A stretch of DNA of 52,737 nt, taken from positions 1 to 52,737 of the forward strand of contig JBDLKA010000014.1 of the NCBI GenBank assembly GCA_039714075.1, given 5' to 3'. The translations under genes were made by a program, and so were the position numbers. Source of the stretch: Candidatus Krumholzibacteriota bacterium. GTDB lineage: Bacteria; Krumholzibacteriota; Krumholzibacteriia; LZORAL124-64-63. Under the pieces are notes generated by a model. That model was not told the DNA's origin, made no database searches, and was given only the letters and a program-made list of their open reading frames with translations. Below, piece by piece: positions 46,449 to 52,737 of the stretch (position 1 is its first letter; each line of letters opens with the position of its first letter).

Positions 46449-49034
46449 ATGGCCGACGAGAAAAACACCCCCGATAACGAAAACCAGGAAAACCCGAACG
46501 TTCCGGACCTGGGCTCCACCGGCGAAACCATCGTCGAGGCGAGCATCACCGACAAGATGCGGACGTCCTACATCGAATACTCGATGAGCGTCATCATCAG
46601 CCGCGCGCTGCCCGATGTCAGGGACGGACTGAAGCCGGTGCACCGCCGCGTGCTGACGGCCATGAACGACCTGAACCTGCAGCCGGGCCGGCCCTACCGC
46701 AAGTCGGCGAAGATCACCGGTGACACCACGGGTAACTATCACCCGCACGGAACGTCCGCGGTGTACGACACCATGGTGCGCATGGCCCAGGATTTCAGCC
46801 TGCGGTATCCCCAGGTCGACGGCCAGGGCAACTTCGGTTCGGTGGACGGCGACCGGGCGGCGGCCGAAAGGTATACCGAGGCCCGCCTGACCAAGTTCTC
46901 GACCGAAATCATGCACGACCTCGACAAGGAAACCGTCGACTTCGTGCCCAATTACGACGGCTCGCGCATGATGCCCTCGGTCATGCCCGCGAAAGTGCCC
47001 AACCTTCTGGTCAACGGCGCCGACGGCATCGCGGTCGGCATGGCCACCAAGATCCCGCCCCACAACATGGGCGAGGTCTGTGACGGTCTGATCGCCGTGT
47101 TGGACAATCCGGATATCGAACCGGTGGAAATGCTGGAACACGTGGAGGGGCCGGATTTCCCGACCGGCGGCATCATCCACGGCCGGCGCGGCATCTATGA
47201 CTACGTGACCACTGGCCGGGGCCGCGTGGTGGTCCGGGCACGGACCGAAACCGAGATCGAAGACAACGGCCGGGCCAAGATCATCGTCAACGAGCTGCCC
47301 TACCAGGTGAACAAGTCCTCGCTGATCGAGAAGATCGCCAACCTGGTGCGCGGCGGGGTCATCGAGGGCATCAGCGACCTGCGCGACGAAAGCGATCGCG
47401 AGGGTATGCGCATCGTGATCGTCCTGAAGAAGGACGCCTTTCCCCAGGTGATCCTCAACAAGCTCTATTCCCACACCATGATGCAGACGACCTTCGGCGT
47501 CATCAACCTGGCCCTGGTGAACAACCAGCCCCGGGTGATGACCATGAAGGAGACGATGAAGGAGTTCCTGAACTTCCGCGAGGAAGTGGTCATCCGGCGC
47601 ACCCGGTACGAGCTGCGCAAGGCCGAGGAACGGGCCCACATTCTCGAGGGCTACCGCATTGCCCTGGACAACATCGACGAGATCGTCGAGCTGATCAAGA
47701 CCAGCGAGTCGCCCGACGTGGCCCGCGAAGGCCTGATGAGCCGGTTCGGACTTTCGGAAGTCCAGTCCCAGGCGATCCTGGACATGCGCCTGGCGCGCCT
47801 GACCGGACTGGAACGCCAGAAGATCGAGGACGAATACCTGGCCCTGATCGCGCGCATCACCGAACTGAAGGCCATCCTGGACAGCCGGGAACTGGTGCTG
47901 CAGATCATCCGCGAAGAGGTGGAGGAGGTGCGCGAGGCCTATGGCGACAGCCGGCGCACGACCATCGTCGAGGACGAGGGCGAGATCGATATCGAGGACC
48001 TGATCGCCGACGAACCCATGGTTGTGACCATCAGCAACCAGGGTTACGCCAAGCGCATCCCGCTGGACACCTACCGGGCGCAGGGCCGCGGCGGCAAGGG
48101 CATCACCGCCATGGGCACCAAGGACGAGGACTTCGTCGACAACCTGTTCGTGGCCTCGACGCACCAGTACCTGCTGGTCATCACCCAGAAGGGGCAGCTC
48201 TACTGGTTGAAGGTGCACCGCATTCCCAAGGCGGGGCGCACCTCCAAGGGCCAGCCCATCGTGAACCTGATCCAGGTCCAGCCCGGCGACAAGGTGCACG
48301 CCGTGGTGCCGGTCCGGGAATTCAGCGCCGATAGTTACCTGGCCTTTGCGACCAACCTGGGCGTCATCAAACGGACCCCGCTGACGGACTTCTCCCGGCC
48401 GCGGCAGGCCGGCATCCGCGCCATCAAGCTGCTCGATGACGAACACCTGGTGGCAGTGCGCGAGACCGACGGTCAAAGCGACATCATCATCGCCAGCAGC
48501 AGCGGTCTGGCCATTCGTTTCAAGGAGACCGATTCCCGATCGATGGGCCGCACCGCGCGCGGCGTGCGGGGTATTGCCCTGGGCAAGGGAGAGCAGGCCG
48601 TCGGCATGGTGGTGGTGTCGCCCGAGGACCAAGAGGCGACCCTGCTGTCGTTGACCGAAAACGGCTACGGGAAACGCACGCCCCTGGAGGACTACCGCAT
48701 CCAGAGGCGCGGGGGCAAGGGCCTGATCACCATCAAATGCAGCGACCGCAATGGTCCCCTGCTGGGAATCCGGGACACCCATCCGGGCGAGGAACTGATG
48801 GTCATCACCCGCAACGGGATCATGATCCGCATCACCCAGGATTCGGTCAGCCAACAGGGACGCAACACACAGGGTGTAAGGATCATCAACCTGAAGAAGG
48901 ACGATCTGGTGGGCTCGTTCGCCAAGATCTCGCTGGAGGCCGTGGCCGGTATGGAAAACGGCGACGAAAACGGCGAAGAAGGCGGGAGCGAAGAGACCGG
49001 CACCGAAGACACGCCCCCCGACACCCAGGACTGA
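46449..49034 (+). CDS. gyrA: DNA gyrase subunit A
   Basis: [28 protein letters not shown], GyrA-box QGRGGKG (second QRRGGKG), acidic tail. Confidence 0.98.
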   Translation: MADEKNTPDNENQENPNVPDLGSTGETIVEASITDKMRTSYIEYSMSVIISRALPDVRDGLKPVHRRVLTAMNDLNLQPGRPYRKSAKITGDTTGNYHPHGTSAVYDTMVRMAQDFSLRYPQVDGQGNFGSVDGDRAAAERYTEARLTKFSTEIMHDLDKETVDFVPNYDGSRMMPSVMPAKVPNLLVNGADGIAVGMATKIPPHNMGEVCDGLIAVLDNPDIEPVEMLEHVEGPDFPTGGIIHGRRGIYDYVTTGRGRVVVRARTETEIEDNGRAKIIVNELPYQVNKSSLIEKIANLVRGGVIEGISDLRDESDREGMRIVIVLKKDAFPQVILNKLYSHTMMQTTFGVINLALVNNQPRVMTMKETMKEFLNFREEVVIRRTRYELRKAEERAHILEGYRIALDNIDEIVELIKTSESPDVAREGLMSRFGLSEVQSQAILDMRLARLTGLERQKIEDEYLALIARITELKAILDSRELVLQIIREEVEEVREAYGDSRRTTIVEDEGEIDIEDLIADEPMVVTISNQGYAKRIPLDTYRAQGRGGKGITAMGTKDEDFVDNLFVASTHQYLLVITQKGQLYWLKVHRIPKAGRTSKGQPIVNLIQVQPGDKVHAVVPVREFSADSYLAFATNLGVIKRTPLTDFSRPRQAGIRAIKLLDDEHLVAVRETDGQSDIIIASSSGLAIRFKETDSRSMGRTARGVRGIALGKGEQAVGMVVVSPEDQEATLLSLTENGYGKRTPLEDYRIQRRGGKGLITIKCSDRNGPLLGIRDTHPGEELMVITRNGIMIRITQDSVSQQGRNTQGVRIINLKKDDLVGSFAKISLEAVAGMENGDENGEEGGSEETGTEDTPPDTQD

Positions 49035-49202
49035 TACCCTCCTGATTGCACGGATCTCCGCCTCCCCGGGGCGGGGATCCGGGCCCAACCAGGGAAAATA
49101 ATGACCAGAACAAACACAATTCAGACAGCCGTTTGGGATACTTTGGCGATTTTGTGTCATTCCCGGTTGATTCCGGGCGGAAAAAAACCCTAGTATCCAG
49201 TC

Positions 49203-51110
49203 ATGCCCAGCCCAGCGAGCCAGAAACCGAACCGCCCCGTAATGCCGCCCCAAACCCGGGCGGCCTTTCGCCCTCTGGTATTCCTGTTCCTTTATGCCCT
49301 TGTTTCTGGAGTATTCGCCGCCTCCGCAGCGGCGGATCAGGTCGAGGAACAATCGATCCACCGGTTCAAACTTCAGGCGGATCTGGCGGCCTTTGTCGAC
49401 AACGAAGGCGGTCTGGTCATTCTGCCCTCGGGTTCACGATCCCCCTTGCTGCAAACGGAACTGGTGTCACTGACCGATTCCCGCCGCCGCCGCCCATCGG
49501 ACTCCTTTCATAAAGTGGTGGGCGAAGGTGTCGTGGGCGGCCACCATGGTTTTTCCAGCCGGGCCGACGACGACCGGGACGGCAGGATCGACGAAGACCC
49601 CCTCGATGGCCGGGACAACGACCAGGACGGCAGGATCGACGAGGACTTCGCGGCCATCAGCGACGCCATGGTGGCGGTCCATCTGGGACGGAGCGTTTCC
49701 GGAGACAGGTCGGGCGATGGAGGCGTCCAGCTGGAATACTACCACTGGGGTCATTCCAGCCTCGGCTCGACGGTGTTTCTCAACGCCGGCGGGGCTGCCG
49801 GCGAAGCAACCTACCGCCTCACGACGTCCGGGTCCGCCTGGCAGGAAACAGGAATCAATTTCCTGCTTCATTCGGTGATCGGCCGGCCGGCCAGGAAAGA
49901 TCCGGTGGCCCTTGTCAGCCGGGTGAGCCTGGTGGGCCGTCTGCGGGATGACGACCCGTGCACCGCGGGCACCGGCCTGTGGCTGGGCGTGATGATCCTG
50001 GATGATGATTCAGCGACCCGCTTCCTGTTGGAAGAGGACCGGCTCGACCTGCCCCTGGGCAAAAATCCGGTTCCACTGGCTGTCTGCGCCGCCGAATCCT
50101 GGCTACAGTTGAATCGCATAATGGGCGAGGCCCAAAGACTTTACGAGGGCATGACCGATCCGGTGGACAACCGCCGGGCCCACTGGATCGTGCCGCCGGC
50201 ATGTTCCATGTGCCGGTCGGCGGACGCTCCCGGTTTTGATTTTGACCGCGACGCGGAGGGCCGGTCCATCCTCTCGGCCGACATCGTCCCCGGGCAGTGC
50301 GGGTTGCTGGATCCGGATCTTTTCCGGATTGACGGGCGGCTGCTGGGCGCGCCCCGGGAAATCCGGTGGCAGCCCGCCAAGGGCATGGGGGCGACCATCC
50401 CCTGGAGCTGTTCGACTGCCGACCATCTGCGGGACGGGTCCCTGACCGGCGCCGGTCCCTACCTGCCCCTGGCCGGACTTTTGAACCATCAAGCCCGGGG
50501 CCGCCTGGAATTCTTCTTCGACACACCGGCGAACATCCCGGCCGACCCGCTGGAAATTTCCGGTCGCTATCTCGACGGCCATCCTTTCCGGACCAACCTG
50601 CAGGTGGCAATTCCCAAGGTATCCGAAGGGTCCATCGACCCGGCGGCCTCCCCGGCGCCGGAGTTCGAAACAGTGGACGAGGTGGCGCGTGGTTTTGCCG
50701 AAGACCGGGCCCGCCTCCTGAATGCGGACCGGCACCACCTGAGCCTGTCTCCGGATTTGTTGATGGGCTGGCCCAACCCCTTCAACGACGTCATCAGCAT
50801 TCGCTTCACCGTTCCGGGCACCATGAGGGAAGCCTTTGTCTGGAAGGATGAAGGGGAACAGCCCACCGAAATCAACCTCGAGGGAGCCGTGCCCTGGCCC
50901 GGCGGACAGCCCGGCGTGTCGGTCAAGATCTACAGCATCAACGGGCAGGAACTGGTGACGCTCCACTCGGCGACGCTGGGCGCGGGGGACTACACCGCCC
51001 AGTGGAACGGGACCGACGCCTTCGGCAGGAAGGTGGCTTCGGGGACCTATTTCTGTAAGCTCCAGTTGGACGATTGGAGCGTCACGCGACGGCTGGTATT
51101 CATTCGTTAA
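49203..51110 (+). CDS. Secreted protein with DxDxDGxIDED Ca/metal-binding repeats and C-terminal FlgD Ig-like domain
   Basis: Signal-like segment LVFLFLYALVSGVFAASAAA; DDDRDGRIDED and DNDQDGRIDED; WPNPFND..KIYSINGQELVTL..WNGTDAFGRKVASGTYF. Confidence 0.75.
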   Translation: MPSPASQKPNRPVMPPQTRAAFRPLVFLFLYALVSGVFAASAAADQVEEQSIHRFKLQADLAAFVDNEGGLVILPSGSRSPLLQTELVSLTDSRRRRPSDSFHKVVGEGVVGGHHGFSSRADDDRDGRIDEDPLDGRDNDQDGRIDEDFAAISDAMVAVHLGRSVSGDRSGDGGVQLEYYHWGHSSLGSTVFLNAGGAAGEATYRLTTSGSAWQETGINFLLHSVIGRPARKDPVALVSRVSLVGRLRDDDPCTAGTGLWLGVMILDDDSATRFLLEEDRLDLPLGKNPVPLAVCAAESWLQLNRIMGEAQRLYEGMTDPVDNRRAHWIVPPACSMCRSADAPGFDFDRDAEGRSILSADIVPGQCGLLDPDLFRIDGRLLGAPREIRWQPAKGMGATIPWSCSTADHLRDGSLTGAGPYLPLAGLLNHQARGRLEFFFDTPANIPADPLEISGRYLDGHPFRTNLQVAIPKVSEGSIDPAASPAPEFETVDEVARGFAEDRARLLNADRHHLSLSPDLLMGWPNPFNDVISIRFTVPGTMREAFVWKDEGEQPTEINLEGAVPWPGGQPGVSVKIYSINGQELVTLHSATLGAGDYTAQWNGTDAFGRKVASGTYFCKLQLDDWSVTRRLVFIR

Positions 51111-51442
51111 CATCATATAGGGACACCACTCACGATCCCTCAACTTCGCTAAATCCCTGACGAATTTTCCTTTCCGAAAAAGCAATCACCATACCCCAAA
51201 ATTCTCTCACGAAATCCGCTTGATTTAACCGGCTGTTTGCTCAGAATCATCGATTTGAGGAAAAGAAATCCATTGAATGGACCATTTTTGGTGCATGAAA
51301 GCCAAAATAACGTAAATAATCCATATTTTTTGATGGACAAGGCATATAGGGGCATCGTATTATTTATAACGTCAGAAGAGGAAATTTGTAGTTATGTCAC
51401 CTTTGCGCTGCCCAAGAAGCTAAAAAGCTTGGGGGTATTAAT

Positions 51443-52336
51443 GTGGAAGAACGGCTTGAAGCACAACAGGAGTCCTGGACAAGTTTCGTGATAGAGTTTC
51501 CGACCTATCCGAGACAGCTTGTTCACGGTCGGGAAGAGAGCCAGAAAATTCTGTTTCTCTGTCCCCAGACCGAGGCCAATCCCACGGAATTGTGCCTGGC
51601 CCTGTTTGGATCCCAGATCCTGATGCACAGGCTGCAAAAAGGGGAGTCGACGGATGCGTTGACCGCCACCGGGTTCGTTTTTGTCTACTCGGCCGAGACC
51701 ACCAATGCGCTGCGGGGGGTCCTGGCCAGGTATCAGCAATTGACGAACGCGCCGGTATTGGTTTCCCAGAAATCAAACGTGGTCAAGACCGCGCATTTCG
51801 TGACCGAGTTCCTGAACCGGGTGACCGCGCCGGCCTTCGGCCAGCTGCGTGGAAACGGAGACGGAGCTCTCGAGGGTGGCAAAGGAGCCCAGACGGACTC
51901 CAGCATCACCCCGCTTCCCGGCAACGAAGAGCTCTGGAATGACAACCTGCCGGAGATCGTCCTGGTTACGGAGGACGGCCAAACGGTACATGCCTCCCAC
52001 ACACTCCAGGACTACCGGGCGGAATATGCGTGCCGCTACGTGCTCGCGCATTTCCACGAGAACATCAACCGGGACAAGATGGCCGAGACGGTCAACCTTT
52101 CCCCCGGCTACTTCTCGAACCTGTTCCGCTCCGAAGTGGGTATGAGTTTCAGCGACTACCTGATCCAGGTGCGGGTCGAAAACGCCAAGAGTCTCTTGCG
52201 GCGTTTCGATCTTTCCGTCGACGCGATCAGCAAGAAGTGCGGCTTCAACAGCCTGGCCCACTTCTCGAGGACCTTCAAGGACAGGTGCGGGCTTTCGCCG
52301 CTCAAGTTCAGGAAAAGTCCTCATGCAGTTGCCTAG
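51443..52336 (+). CDS. AraC/XylS-family transcriptional regulator
   Basis: C-terminal double HTH: MAETVNLSPGYFSNLFRSEVGMSF..RVENAKSLL..CGFNSLAHFSRTFK..GLSPLKFR. Confidence 0.9.
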   Translation: MEERLEAQQESWTSFVIEFPTYPRQLVHGREESQKILFLCPQTEANPTELCLALFGSQILMHRLQKGESTDALTATGFVFVYSAETTNALRGVLARYQQLTNAPVLVSQKSNVVKTAHFVTEFLNRVTAPAFGQLRGNGDGALEGGKGAQTDSSITPLPGNEELWNDNLPEIVLVTEDGQTVHASHTLQDYRAEYACRYVLAHFHENINRDKMAETVNLSPGYFSNLFRSEVGMSFSDYLIQVRVENAKSLLRRFDLSVDAISKKCGFNSLAHFSRTFKDRCGLSPLKFRKSPHAVA

Positions 52337-52350
52337 CTAGCCTGACGGTT

Positions 52351-52384
52351 AAAGGCCCTTCCGGATTCCGGGAGGGCCTTTTTT
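52351..52384 (+). terminator. Intrinsic terminator after araC
   Basis: AAAGGCCCTTCCGG-ATT-CCGGGAGGGCCTT followed by TTTT. Confidence 0.8.
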
Positions 52385-52394
52385 CGTTGGTGCC

Positions 52395-52499
52395 TGATGA
52401 TGGGTGGTGTGCGGGGAGAAATTTTGATGTCCTCGTCGCGATCCTTCGGATCGCTTCCTGCGGATTACAAAATTTCTCCCCGCACACCACCCATCATCA
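52395..52499. repeat. REP/MITE-like element: perfect 32-bp terminal inverted repeats around an internal hairpin
   Basis: 52395..52426 is the exact reverse complement of 52468..52499; inner GCGATCC-TTC-GGATCGC. Confidence 0.8.
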
Positions 52500-52682
52500 C
52501 CCTTCCAGCGGAAGAAGGCCCTCTCGGAATTCGGGAGGGACTTCAACCGACCGTTAAGAAAATGCTCTTCTGGGGCTTTCGAAAAACTGTACCGGTGAAG
52601 CAATCTTTACCTTTTCTTGGCGTTTCCCATTATTGTTCCGGGTGTCTTCAGGCTATGGGTCCTTAGCGGCGGCCTGGAGGCG

Positions 52683-52737
52683 TGGTGCAGGGGTAAATTT
52701 TGTAATCCGCAGGAAGCGATCCGAAGGATCGCGACGA
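52683..52737. repeat. Second, inverted copy of the same element core (truncated by the window end)
   Basis: 52695..52737 is the exact reverse complement of 52433..52475 (43 bp). Confidence 0.8.

Noticed and set aside
49051..49081. GC hairpin after gyrA
   Set aside because: No U-tract, so not called as an intrinsic terminator.

Overview
High-GC bacterial chromosome segment spanning the replication origin. The three secreted proteins with PNPFN-type/FlgD Ig-like C-terminal domains suggest an FCB-superphylum lineage such as Latescibacterota/Krumholzibacteriota; this is inference only. The right half (25.8-49 kb) is the classical origin cluster. On the minus strand it runs rpmH-rnpA-yidD-yidC-jag-mnmE-mnmG-rsmG-[2 perfect parS]-parA-parB, extended by an orphan PAS histidine kinase, an M23 peptidase and a bactofilin. 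On the plus strand it runs dnaA-dnaN-recF-dciA-gyrB-gyrA. DnaA boxes lie on both sides of dnaA, and a Bacillus-like unwinding module precedes dnaN. The left half is accessory and rich in tandem paralogues: (i) a secreted, membrane-anchored TPR-CHAT protease upstream of two paralogous internally duplicated FlgD-CTD surface proteins; (ii) an orphan 'mobile mystery protein A', a spermidine-synthase fusion, and two lipoprotein trypsin-like proteases flanking a lipoprotein that looks like their free pro-domain; (iii) a Cas4-like/DEDD (DUF2779-type) nuclease and a probably leaderless MazEF module; (iv) a duplicated [helical partner + HD-GYP] pair flanking a histidine kinase whose sensor resembles a VUT/YhhQ transporter. 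The best candidates for an undescribed system are (iv) and the protease/free pro-domain triad. All calls come from motif reading by eye; no database searches were run.
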